Part shown: positions 10,569 through 19,825 of the stretch, piece after piece | Position numbering within the stretch: position 1 is the first letter of the stretch | Layout: each line of letters starts with the position of its first letter | Origin: Alistipes sp. | GTDB taxonomy: Bacteria; Bacteroidota; Bacteroidia; Bacteroidales; Rikenellaceae | Length of the DNA: 47,145 nt | Assembly (NCBI GenBank): GCA_017559425.1 | Contig: JAFYSI010000068.1 | Coordinates: 1 to 47,145 of the forward strand | Direction of reading: 5' to 3' | Made by a program: the position numbers and the translations under genes | Notes under the pieces: generated by a model | Told to the model about the DNA's origin: nothing | The model's database searches: none | The model's input: only the letters and a program-made list of their open reading frames with translations

Positions 10569-12200
10569 TTATTCGACATTATATTCGTTCTTCACGACTT
10601 TCCAAGAGAGGATTCTAACCTCAGCAGCAACATAGCTGTTTACATCCGACGGACGCTCGGGGGTCTCAAAGTCGATATCGGGGTCATAGACAGGGGTGCC
10701 AAGACCAGTGATAGTGGCAATATTGACCTTATAGATATGGTTGCGAACAACACCATACTCCGAAGCAGAACCCTCGCGGCCCAAGTGGCGGATATCGGCA
10801 TAGTAGTATGTCATACCATCGCGGTAGACTAAGGCGGGCTCGACAGCCGCGAGACGGCCATTCACCGCCTCGAGGGTTGCTGCCACAAAGCCCTCGGCAT
10901 TAGAGTAGGTGAACCACTCCTTGGCTTGCCCTGCGTCCGAAAGCTGGAAGATGACCTCGTAGGCCTCTGCCTCCACGCCCTCGGGAACATCGTCGCCCGC
11001 AACGAGCTTAACGTCCTCCGCACCTATGCCCTTATGCTCACCACGATCGAGGTAGTAGAGCTCAGAGGCAAGAAGTTGAGCCACCTCTGTGCGTAGTGCC
11101 CTCTCGCCCACATAGCTATGGCCATACCACATAGTCACCTCGAAAGGTTGGCCCTCGCCATCGACAAGCTGTGCCTTGATGATAACCTTCGTGCGTGGGT
11201 CCGATGTCACCTTGCCCTGGCCGTCGACCACCGCCTGGCGACTATTCTCGCCGCAGTAGGCCACCTGGCTTGGAGTAAGGCCATTGCCCCAGTCGAACTG
11301 GTTATCCTGAGGGAAGAGACCCGTGTAGGATGCTGCCCAGTATGAGCGGTATCTGTTGGGGTCATTCCACAAGAAGCCAATCTCACTACCCATACCCCAC
11401 TGCTCGGGGTAGATGTGCTTGAGCACTATGGAGTGGTTGTAGTCGTTGTGGAGCTCCCAGCGAAGCACCTTAGCATATACTGGCACGCCACCCACAGTGG
11501 CATCGACGTCGTATGTCGCCTCCTTATCCGCAACATCGCCATTCGCCTCAACCTCAACCTTCGCAGAGATACGCTCCACATAGATCTCAACGGGCGATGC
11601 CAAGGCCTCGGCCTCAGTCTTGCCTATGTTCGAGATTGTGAGTGGAGTGGCTCTCACAACCTTGCCCTGCATATCGGCATATACGGCATTGCTCATCACA
11701 AAATGGCTGTTGTCGTTGCGAATAGAGGCAAGGGTGTTGTAGAGGTTGTCGAGTGTGTATGATGGCTGGATGTAACGTGTATCCCAGTTCAACACCGCAA
11801 CGATGTACTGGGGATACTCTCCCTTGTAGTTATCGAATACTAAGATTTTATCCTTAACATCCGAGACATTGGGACCCTCGTTCGCCTCACCCGTCTCGTC
11901 TGGCTGTGTGCCATTGCTGTTGATGGTGAATGAGAGGTAGTTCTTGCCACCAGAGACGCTCACGGGAAAGGGTGTGCCATCGCCCTTGAAGAGGAAGAAG
12001 TGCACATTTTCGACATAACGTTCGTCGGCATCGCCATACTCAAACTCCTCGTCAGCACGAGTAGCATCATCGGTTGCGAGGGTAACAGAGATATATGACC
12101 TCTCCAGCTCCCCCTTTGTGGGGGAGTCAGGATTGGTCATATTTTCAGTGCATCCCAGCAGTCCTAATGCTGCAAGGGTTATGAACAAGTATCTTTTCAT
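10569..12200 (-). CDS. Mfa1-like major fimbrial subunit, paralog 2 (543 aa)
   Basis: Lipobox GLLGC, ATR/AD, FVMSNAVY, IYVERISAKV, YGVVRNHIYKVNI, AEVRILSWKVV. Confidence 0.85.
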   Translation of the reverse strand: MKRYLFITLAALGLLGCTENMTNPDSPTKGELERSYISVTLATDDATRADEEFEYGDADERYVENVHFFLFKGDGTPFPVSVSGGKNYLSFTINSNGTQPDETGEANEGPNVSDVKDKILVFDNYKGEYPQYIVAVLNWDTRYIQPSYTLDNLYNTLASIRNDNSHFVMSNAVYADMQGKVVRATPLTISNIGKTEAEALASPVEIYVERISAKVEVEANGDVADKEATYDVDATVGGVPVYAKVLRWELHNDYNHSIVLKHIYPEQWGMGSEIGFLWNDPNRYRSYWAASYTGLFPQDNQFDWGNGLTPSQVAYCGENSRQAVVDGQGKVTSDPRTKVIIKAQLVDGEGQPFEVTMWYGHSYVGERALRTEVAQLLASELYYLDRGEHKGIGAEDVKLVAGDDVPEGVEAEAYEVIFQLSDAGQAKEWFTYSNAEGFVAATLEAVNGRLAAVEPALVYRDGMTYYYADIRHLGREGSASEYGVVRNHIYKVNIATITGLGTPVYDPDIDFETPERPSDVNSYVAAEVRILSWKVVKNEYNVE

Positions 12201-12229
12201 CAGTGATGCTAAAGATTTGAAATCTCTTC

Positions 12230-13786
12230 TTAGTTAAGGTCGTAGTTGTTCTCAACAACTCTCCAAGAGAGGATGTTGATCTGAGCAGAAACGTAAGTTA
12301 CAATATCCTCAGGCTTCTCGAGTGTGATGAAGTCTGTTGTGCCATCGTAAACTGGAGTACCGTAACCAGTGATGTCGTTGATGTTTACCTTGTAAACGTG
12401 GTTACGAACGATACCGTACTCAGCTGTTGAACCAGCAGCACCGAGGTGCTTGATATCCAACCAGTAATAAGTCATACCATCGCTGTAGACAAGAGCTGGC
12501 TGAACTGCAGCAAGAGCAGTGTTGAGCTCCTCAACAGAGATAGCTGTGTAGTTACCATTCTCATACTTGTTCCAAGTCTTTGCAGCACCCTCGTCAGAAA
12601 GCTGGAAGTAAACCTCATATGCCTTAGCATCAGTTACAAGACGGTCAACGCACTTGATATCAGCTGGAGTAAGACCAGTGAGTGTAGTATTCTCCTTTGA
12701 GAAGTAAGTGTTCTTGAGAGTGTTAGCAACAACGATCTTGAGGTTCTCCTCGCCGATGTAGTCCTTACCGTACCAGTTAACAACCTCGAATGGGTTACCC
12801 TCTGCATCAACAAGCTGAGCCTTAACTACAACCTTTGTACGAACGTCAGCCTCTGCAGTCCAAGCACGAGTGTTCTCACCGCAGTATACCCAACCATTGA
12901 TTGCAGTGTTGTCAGTATTCCAAGCGAAAGTATTCTCATCGAATGCCTTGCCAAGTGACTGAGCCCAGTATGAGCGGAAGTAGTTGTAATCATTCCAGTT
13001 GAAGCCTACCTCCCAAGTTGGGTCGATACGCTTGATAAGCCAAGACTCCTGGTAGTCATTATAGAGCTCGAAGCCCTTAATCTGAGCATACACCTTCTTG
13101 CCCTCGATCTCCTTCTCGATGTCGAATCGACCATTGTCCTTCGCAGTGAATACAACCTTAGCAGCAACACGCTCAACGTGGATAGTTACAGGGTTAGCCA
13201 AAGCCTCTTCAGCAGTCTTACCGATGTTGTCGATTGTGAGGTCAACAGCGTCAACTGTCTGATCAGCCTTGTCAGCATAAACTGCGTTGCTCATAACGAA
13301 ACCATTATTTACACCCTGCAAATTAGAGATCTGAGTCTTAAGCTCTGAAAGAGTGTATGAAGACTTAGTAGGAGCCCAGTTAAGAACAGCAACGATCTTG
13401 TTAGGATACTCACCCTTGTAGTTCTGAAGAACAAGAACAGCGTCCTTAACGTCAGATACGTTAGGCATATTCTGACCAACCGTTGTCAAGTCAACCTTCA
13501 AGTAGTTGTTAGGGCCAGCGTTTGTTGAAGTAGTGCCATCAAATGCTACCGGGAAAGCAGCACCATCCTTGAAGAAGAATACATAAGCTGACTCAACAGC
13601 ACGCTCCTCAGCAAGGCCCTCCTCATACTTGCCATCGTTAGCACGTGTAGCATCATCTGCTGCAAATGTCACAGCCACGTATGACTGCTCCAACTCTGCG
13701 TTCTGGACTGGAGTGTTCTCCTCGCCCACCTCTGTACAAGCAGCAAAACCCAATGCTGCAAGTGCGATAAATAAATACTTTTTCAT
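12230..13786 (-). CDS. Mfa1-like major fimbrial subunit, paralog 1 (518 aa)
   Basis: Lipobox GFAAC, ATR/AN, FVMSNAVY, IHVERVAAKV, YGIVRNHVYKVNI, AQINILSWRVV. Confidence 0.85.
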   Translation of the reverse strand: MKKYLFIALAALGFAACTEVGEENTPVQNAELEQSYVAVTFAADDATRANDGKYEEGLAEERAVESAYVFFFKDGAAFPVAFDGTTSTNAGPNNYLKVDLTTVGQNMPNVSDVKDAVLVLQNYKGEYPNKIVAVLNWAPTKSSYTLSELKTQISNLQGVNNGFVMSNAVYADKADQTVDAVDLTIDNIGKTAEEALANPVTIHVERVAAKVVFTAKDNGRFDIEKEIEGKKVYAQIKGFELYNDYQESWLIKRIDPTWEVGFNWNDYNYFRSYWAQSLGKAFDENTFAWNTDNTAINGWVYCGENTRAWTAEADVRTKVVVKAQLVDAEGNPFEVVNWYGKDYIGEENLKIVVANTLKNTYFSKENTTLTGLTPADIKCVDRLVTDAKAYEVYFQLSDEGAAKTWNKYENGNYTAISVEELNTALAAVQPALVYSDGMTYYWLDIKHLGAAGSTAEYGIVRNHVYKVNINDITGYGTPVYDGTTDFITLEKPEDIVTYVSAQINILSWRVVENNYDLN

Positions 13787-13829
13787 AATACTGAAAATTA
13801 AGTTAATGAATTGATTTGATTGTTGTTTG

Positions 13830-15287
13830 TTATTGTTGTTTGTTATTTGTTTGTTTGTTGTTCATCGTCACGATATTTCTACTCTTGGCAAGCTCCTGAA
13901 GGGCCGTCTCAGCCTGGCCAATACCACGCTCGAGAGCTCTCTCGAAGTATGGCTTTGCCGCCTCGTTATTCTCCATATAGACCTCCAACGCACCTCGCGT
14001 GTAGAGGGCCTCGGCCATATCGCCCGCCTTCTCGAGATAGCGGAGGGCACTGCGATAGTCACCCTTGAGGATTGCCGAGTTGGCAGCGTTGAGGTTGGCC
14101 ACAGGGTCGTTAGGATACATTCTCACAGCAGTCTCAAAGAGCTCGTTAAACTTGTCGCTACCAGGCTCATAGCTCTCGGCAAGGATATAAAACTCCTCCA
14201 ACGAGAGGTTCTGTGGTGCGGTGTGGAGTATTCGCTCGATCTCCTCAGCAGTGCTGTAGCTACGAATCTCATACTCAATGACATAGTCCGAATGGCGGAG
14301 TGCGGGATAGCAGTTCTTGAGCAAGAAACGGTACTCATCACGCCACGTTGACTTGATAAACCACTCCTTATTATCGGGTTCGCGGTTAGAACGGATGGCT
14401 GCCAAAATCTCCTTTTTATGTGGCAGCGACGACGCCTCGACATAACGCTCGAGACCCGCCCAGTCCTCAGGCTCGTAGTCGGTCTTGATAAAGTCCTCAC
14501 CAAAATGGTAGAGGCTCTCGACATACTCCTTCAACGCCTCGGTACGGCCCTTAGCAAGGTAGGTATTGTTACTATAGGGACTCTCGGGCGAGGCATAACC
14601 CTTGATAGATATCGACTTGATGGTGATATCCTGGTCACACTTCACCGAGTCGATGGTACCAGTAATCTTGGCTAGCTCAGCCACATTGTTACGATATTCG
14701 GGGTAGATGACAATCTGGCTCACGGGGAAGTCTACGAATGCCGAGCCGTGAATCTCGCGAGTCTTAGAGGCCTCACCCTTTGGACGGAGGTAGATAAGCT
14801 CGGGATAGTATGGCTCGATGGGGAATCGCTCGACAAACCTTGTGCTTGCGATGTCGGAAGGGACGCCACAGCAACCACAATCCTTACGCGTGAGGACAAC
14901 GCTGCAGCCATCCATCCACTCAGCAAAGTAGAGCGAGGTGGAGTAGTTGATGATGTCGCGAGACTGGCGTGCGGTGAGCACCACATCCTTCGAGGTTGTG
15001 GGACGCTGGTCCTCGTTGCGGAGGTAGTAGATGCGGCGGTTACGGCCATAGACAGCTATAGACTTGAGTTCCTGGCTATTGTCGCCATTGACAATAACGG
15101 GTGTGAGCACCACGACTTGTGTGGTCTTGACCTTGAGATTTGTGAGGTCGATGTCGATATCGACACTTAGGTTACCATCCTCCTTGAGCTCGAGCGTGTA
15201 ATCAGCAATCTCGACCTCCTGGGTATCTTGAGCATAACCTGCCACAACAGCAATAGCGGCGATGATGGTTAGTAGAATAGTTCTCAT
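13830..15287 (-). CDS. DUF3868 / OmpA-like / TPR pilus-associated protein
   Basis: Signal peptide, LTPVI...GRNR and CGCCG (DUF3868-like), GYASPESPYSNNTYLAKGR (OmpA-like), C-terminal TPR (ANLNAANSAI); usual position upstream of Mfa1 genes. Confidence 0.8.
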   Translation of the reverse strand: MRTILLTIIAAIAVVAGYAQDTQEVEIADYTLELKEDGNLSVDIDIDLTNLKVKTTQVVVLTPVIVNGDNSQELKSIAVYGRNRRIYYLRNEDQRPTTSKDVVLTARQSRDIINYSTSLYFAEWMDGCSVVLTRKDCGCCGVPSDIASTRFVERFPIEPYYPELIYLRPKGEASKTREIHGSAFVDFPVSQIVIYPEYRNNVAELAKITGTIDSVKCDQDITIKSISIKGYASPESPYSNNTYLAKGRTEALKEYVESLYHFGEDFIKTDYEPEDWAGLERYVEASSLPHKKEILAAIRSNREPDNKEWFIKSTWRDEYRFLLKNCYPALRHSDYVIEYEIRSYSTAEEIERILHTAPQNLSLEEFYILAESYEPGSDKFNELFETAVRMYPNDPVANLNAANSAILKGDYRSALRYLEKAGDMAEALYTRGALEVYMENNEAAKPYFERALERGIGQAETALQELAKSRNIVTMNNKQTNNKQQ

Positions 15288-15299
15288 AGCATTGGTGGG

Positions 15300-15896
15300 T
15301 TAGAAGAGAAATACCAGGTTTACTGCCGCCTTTGTTGGGCCTACATAGTGGTGACCGCCCTCGCCCACTCTACGTCCGCAGTAGCCGCAGTCGTAGATGT
15401 CGTAGTCGAGGTACATATATCCGAAGCCCGCCTCGAGCTCGAGGTTGAGATTCTTCGAGAGCATAAAGGCAAAACCGTATGCTACGCCACCACCATAGGC
15501 ATAGCCTTGGTAACGCTTGTTGGTGAGCACCGAGAAGTCGGTACCCAAGAGTGATATGTTGTTCTTGATACCGCCGAAGTTGAAGGCTCCAGCGATGGCG
15601 TGAACGCCAAGGAAGTGACGCGAGAAACGGTCGCAAAACCAGTAGCGAGCCTCGGGCTGCACCATCCAGTGCTTCCACTTTGTCGCCTCGTTCTTGCTCC
15701 AGCCGTTGAGGTTACCTGAGATGTCGAGCGTCCATTTTGGGGCCAAGCCAATCTCCACTCCAAGGTTGGCAGTTGCCGTTGCATCGTAGACAATGTTGGT
15801 CTTAATAGCCCAATCCTGTGCTCTCACCTGCGAGACTCCTCCACCGAAAACAGCGAGAAGCAGCAGTAGGCAAAAACTAAATTTTGGTTTCATCAT
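15300..15896 (-). CDS. DUF3575 outer-membrane beta-barrel protein
   Basis: AIKTNIVYDATATANLGVE, WMVQPEARYWFC, C-terminal GPTKAAVNLVFLF. Confidence 0.9.
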   Translation of the reverse strand: MMKPKFSFCLLLLLAVFGGGVSQVRAQDWAIKTNIVYDATATANLGVEIGLAPKWTLDISGNLNGWSKNEATKWKHWMVQPEARYWFCDRFSRHFLGVHAIAGAFNFGGIKNNISLLGTDFSVLTNKRYQGYAYGGGVAYGFAFMLSKNLNLELEAGFGYMYLDYDIYDCGYCGRRVGEGGHHYVGPTKAAVNLVFLF

Positions 15897-16020
15897 CTTC
15901 TATTTTGGTCGATGGCCACTACACTGACACGGTGAGCAGCCACTTATTCTTTTAAATTGGTCGTTTGGTCGCTAAAGTTCGGATTGCGAAAAGACAATAT
16001 ATTGTATATATATCAGCGAA

Positions 16021-16052
16021 CAAATTTAGCTCAAAAAAAAAAAACGGGCAAA
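16021..16052 (-). promoter_or_regulatory. Bacteroidota sigma-A promoter of the pilus operon with a T12 homopolymer in the spacer
   Basis: Minus strand TTTG-cccg-T12-gagc-TAAATTTG = TTTG-N20-TAnnTTTG; A12 at 16033-16044 on the + strand. Confidence 0.75.
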
Positions 16053-16134
16053 TATTTTAGCCTACATTTTACCATACACGCTATAATTTCTGCCAAAAAG
16101 ACCAGATGTAAACCATTTTGTATACACTATTGGC

Positions 16135-16165
16135 TTTGTTTTGACCAACAATTTACATAACTTTG
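16135..16165 (+). promoter_or_regulatory. Promoter of the divergent TPR/LuxR regulator
   Basis: TTTG (16135-38)-N19-TAACTTTG (16158-65). Confidence 0.7.
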
Positions 16166-16254
16166 CAATAGTATATAAATTAAAGGTATAGGCAATATAC
16201 CTCGGTTCTACAACAAACGAGATTTATCCTACAAAAAACTAACAAAAATACGCT

Positions 16255-18192
16255 ATGAGCCTGCCAATTTGGATTAAAAAGACAGCTTTACTGAGCCTGC
16301 TACTTTTGTGCTCTCTGACAAGTTTTGCTGGCGACGATCTCTTCAAGCAAGCGAGATCGCTACAGCGTAGCGGTGAGTATGACAAGGCTATCGAGGCATT
16401 CAAGAGCTACCTCGTGCAGCCAGTCGATGACAACGAGCTTAGCGACGAGGAGTTCATCGTCTACACCGAGGCTCTCGTACAGCTGATGAACACCTACCAG
16501 AGTAAAGGCGAGGCCGAGGCCTGCATATCGGCTCTCGAAGAGGTCTTCAACGCATCGTCACTTCTCCAGAACAGGGCTCTTAGAGACTACTACTCGGTGT
16601 TGGGTTATGCCCTATCGCGTACAGAGCGAATGAACGAGGCGGAGACTACGACACTCAAGGCATTCACCCTACAGCTCCATCATCCTACAGCAGAGCGTTA
16701 CTTCCGCGACTACGCCTATGCCGCAGCGGTATTCTACAGCAATCCGAGCTACCACAAGGAGGTTGTCGGCTGGTGTCACGAGGCACTACGACAGGCCGCG
16801 ATGTCGAAGAACACGTCGGGAGCTCAGTGGGTAAAGGCTATGTTGGGCTCACTGCACAAACGCAACGGAGAGTTCAACGAGGCATTGGAGCTATTCCTCG
16901 CAAGCAAGAGCGAGGCAGAGGAGCAAGGCGATGACCTTGGCGTGCTCAACAGTCTACACGCACTAATCGACCTATTCCTCTACTACGACATACCTGAGTA
17001 TGCCAACCTATACGCCTCGGAGGCCGTGCGTGTTGAGCGTGGTATGAGCGTCGAGAATCCTATGATTTCGGCACAGACATACATCAACAAGGGTCGTGCT
17101 CTCCACCAACTTGGCGAGCGTGACTCGGTGGCCCACTACACCTACAAGGCACGCACACTCTGCCAAACATTGCCCTACAACAGCGGTATGGTAGACGTAA
17201 ACCTCCTAAACGGCACTCTTCTGACGGATAAGGGTGGCGACTCGCTACAACACGGCATCGAGGAGCTGGAGCAGGTAACAGAACAAGGAACGGTGGTTAA
17301 CCGTGCACGAGCCTACCACCAGCTTGCACTGACATACCTCAGAGAGGAGAACACCCCAAAGGCCGAGATAATGCTCGACAGCCTCTACACACTGCTCCAC
17401 ACGGGTGACTCGCCAATATACATTCGTCTCGACTACGAGCCAATACTCAACCACTATCTTCGTAGCAAGAACCATATCAAGGCCGAGCAATACACCGAGC
17501 TACTTCTCCAGGAGCAAAACGCATACAAGGCAAAGCAGATGAAGTTCAACCTTGTAGAGAGCATCGTCGACCTCAAGACCAAGCAGGAGAAGCAGGAGCT
17601 AAAGATTGCACAGCTCAAGTCAACCAACCAACGTCTATGGTTTGTAGTGTGTGCAACAATCTCACTCGCGGCAATAGCGGCAATGGTAGTGCTCTACATA
17701 CTCTAAAAGAGACGATACTCAACAAAGATGAGGAGGGCAAACGAGCAATTCGAGCGGCTTACACAGGAGCTCAAAGAGTCAAACACAGAGAAGGAGAGGG
17801 TCACACAGGAGATCGAAGAGTTCTTGAAGAGCACCGACAACCGTAAGGAGATGGAGACGCTAACACCACACATCCTCAAGGAGGGTGGCGAGGTGAAGTT
17901 CCGCCAATGCTTCGAGCTGCTGTACCCACTCTTCCTACACCGCCTGCGTGAGAGGGTACCATCTATCACACGCCGTGAGGAGATACTCTCGATGCTCATC
18001 GTGCTAAAGCAAGACAACAAGGAGATTGCTGAGCTGCTGGCCATAGCCCCACGAAGCGTCTTGATGCTCCGTCACCGCTTCCGCCAGAAGATAGGAATGG
18101 CGACAGAGCTCTCGCTCGAGAACTTTATCGATGACACGTTGGGCATCCACAATAGCGAGGATAACAGACAAAACAGAGTCAAAGAGAGGTAG
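16255..18192 (+). pseudogene. TPR sensor - transmembrane helix - LuxR-type HTH regulator, interrupted by one in-frame TAA at 17704-17706
   Basis: ORFs 16255-17706 and 17728-18192 are in the same frame (...VVLYIL*KRRYSTKMRRANEQ...). Signal peptide, TPRs, TM helix, then ITRREEILSMLIVLKQDNKEIAELLAIAPRSVLMLRHRFRQKIG HTH. Confidence 0.8.
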
Positions 18193-18281
18193 CGGATATA
18201 GGGAAAGGTCTATTACACGCTACTACAGCGATACTGCTTCTCGTCTTGGCCCTAAGGAGAAAGTAAGAGTAGAAGATGAAG

Positions 18282-18322
18282 AAATGGGGTTGTCCAACAC
18301 ACAGTTGGGCAGCCCTATTTTT
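18282..18322 (+). terminator. Intrinsic terminator / palindromic element
   Basis: GGGGTTGTCCAAC-acaca-GTTGGGCAGCCCT followed by ATTTTT. Confidence 0.7.
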
Positions 18323-18356
18323 GTATGTAACTACAGCCAGGAAAGAGAGAAAATTT

Positions 18357-18425
18357 TGCGTAAAATTAACGCATTTTATTTTGATAATTCAAAAAGTATC
18401 TGTACTTTTGCGTAAAATCAACACA
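18357..18425 (+). promoter_or_regulatory. nrtR promoter flanked by two candidate NrtR operators
   Basis: TGCGT-aaaatta-ACGCA (18357-73) and TGCGT-aaaatca-ACACA (18409-25), both GT-N7-AC; TTTG (18380-83)-N19-TACTTTTG (18403-10). Confidence 0.7.
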
Positions 18426-18432
18426 CAAGACG

Positions 18433-19125
18433 ATGAACGAACTAAACTACTGCTACAAATATCCGCATCCAGCCGTAACGGCCGACTGCGTCATCTTCGG
18501 CTTTGATGGCGTGAGTATCAAGATATTGCTCATCCAGCGAGGCATCGAGCCATACAAAAACAAGTGGGCACTACCAGGAGGATTTGTATGTATCGACGAG
18601 AGTGCCGAGGAGTGTGCACGACGTGAGCTCGAGGAGGAGACAGGACTCAAAGGTGTAACCGTCGAGCAGTTCCACACCTTCAGCGACGTGGAACGTGATC
18701 CTCGCGAAAGGGTAATAACCGTGGCACACTACGCCCTTGTACGCCTGGCAGATGTTGTTGGTGGCGACGATGCTAATGCGGCACAGTGGTTCTCACAGAC
18801 GGAGATACCGGCACTTGCCTTCGACCACGACAAAATACTTCAACTCGCTCTGGAGCGTCTCAAGGAGCGTATCTGCTTCGAGCCAATAGGCTTTGAGCTC
18901 CTCGCCGAGGTATTCACGATGACCGAACTACAAAACCTCTATGAGGCGATTCTCAGCATTAAGTTCGACCGCCGTAACTTCGCCAACAAGATGCTCAAAC
19001 TGGGCATCCTCACCGAGGCAGAGCCACGCAGAGAGGGTACGGCACGACGCATTGCAACAAAGTATAAGTTCAACGCCGCGAAGTACGCAGAGCTCAAGCA
19101 ACGTGGCTTCAGGCTCGAATTTTAA
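18433..19125 (+). CDS. nrtR: NrtR-family regulator (Nudix domain plus winged HTH)
   Basis: YKYPHPAVTADCVIF, intact Nudix box GFVCIDESAEECARRELEEETGL, RDPRERVI, LAFDH, FTMTELQNLYE...DRRNF. Confidence 0.85.
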   Translation: MNELNYCYKYPHPAVTADCVIFGFDGVSIKILLIQRGIEPYKNKWALPGGFVCIDESAEECARRELEEETGLKGVTVEQFHTFSDVERDPRERVITVAHYALVRLADVVGGDDANAAQWFSQTEIPALAFDHDKILQLALERLKERICFEPIGFELLAEVFTMTELQNLYEAILSIKFDRRNFANKMLKLGILTEAEPRREGTARRIATKYKFNAAKYAELKQRGFRLEF

Positions 19126-19168
19126 CCGACATAAAAACTCTACCTACAACACTAAAAAGAGTAACACT

Positions 19169-19441
19169 ATGAGAGATCAAAGAATCGAGATTTGCAACGA
19201 CTGCAGACATAGCAAACACGTGCACGGCAGAGTGATATGTTCGCTTACAGAGTGCGAGCCAGCATTCAACATCACCTGCAACGAATTTGTTGCCAACGAC
19301 AACGAGCATAAGAGATGGGTTATGACAAAGACTCAACAGATCGAGGAGATTGGCAATGCAGCACAGAGATGGATCACCATTGGAACATCATTAAGCTGCG
19401 TGACAATAGCAACAGGAGCAGTGGCAAGCAGGAGTATATAG
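19169..19441 (+). CDS. Small hypothetical protein with Cys-rich N-terminus (possibly the 5' part of a frameshifted gene)
   Basis: ATG 19169 after an A-rich leader: MRDQRIEICNDCRHSK...ICSLTECEPAFNITCNEF; overlaps the next ORF by 127 nt. Confidence 0.45.
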   Translation: MRDQRIEICNDCRHSKHVHGRVICSLTECEPAFNITCNEFVANDNEHKRWVMTKTQQIEEIGNAAQRWITIGTSLSCVTIATGAVASRSI

Positions 19442-19809
19442 AGTTAAAGGATATAAACGATGCCGAATACATTGTTCGCTACGCAAACTCGAGAGTAATG
19501 TTCTCGGTAGGCTTCGCACAAGAGTCATTACAAAATTATAGCGAGCACTTTGTGGCCATTGCAGCAAACAACACTATGGCAAACATCCTCCAAATCCGCA
19601 TATACCAGTATATCGGTACGGGCGTTGTATTCGAAGTACAGAACCGAATAAAATATATGAACGAGCTACAGGAGACAGCTGGCGAGATGATTGAGATCTT
19701 AAGAGAGGCAATACATCTATTTTCATATCACTACCAACAGATCCTGGAGGAAGTTGCAGCCGAGGACAATACACCAAGCGAGAGACAACAACAGACAAAA
19801 GCCAACTAA
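19315..19809 (+). CDS. Hypothetical protein (start uncertain; possibly the 3' part of a frameshifted gene)
   Basis: 164-aa ORF filling the gap to the next gene at 19826; no confident motif. Confidence 0.45.
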   Translation: MGYDKDSTDRGDWQCSTEMDHHWNIIKLRDNSNRSSGKQEYIELKDINDAEYIVRYANSRVMFSVGFAQESLQNYSEHFVAIAANNTMANILQIRIYQYIGTGVVFEVQNRIKYMNELQETAGEMIEILREAIHLFSYHYQQILEEVAAEDNTPSERQQQTKAN

Positions 19810-19825
19810 ACAAAGAGATTGCAGT

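Noticed and set aside
8859-13786. Shufflon or site-specific swapping among the pilin genes
   Set aside because: All genes are co-oriented and complete, shared 5' ends differ at synonymous sites, and no recombinase is present.
13820-13862. TTGT-rich microrepeat at the 3' end of the DUF3868 gene as a contingency locus
   Set aside because: Irregular units affecting only the last few codons; more likely the A-rich translation leader of the first major pilin.
410-15896. Complete diversity-generating retroelement
   Set aside because: No reverse transcriptase, Avd-like gene or template/variable repeat pair seen in the window.
15897-16254. Invertible promoter upstream of the pilus operon
   Set aside because: No flanking inverted repeats of convincing length found by eye and no adjacent tyrosine or serine recombinase.
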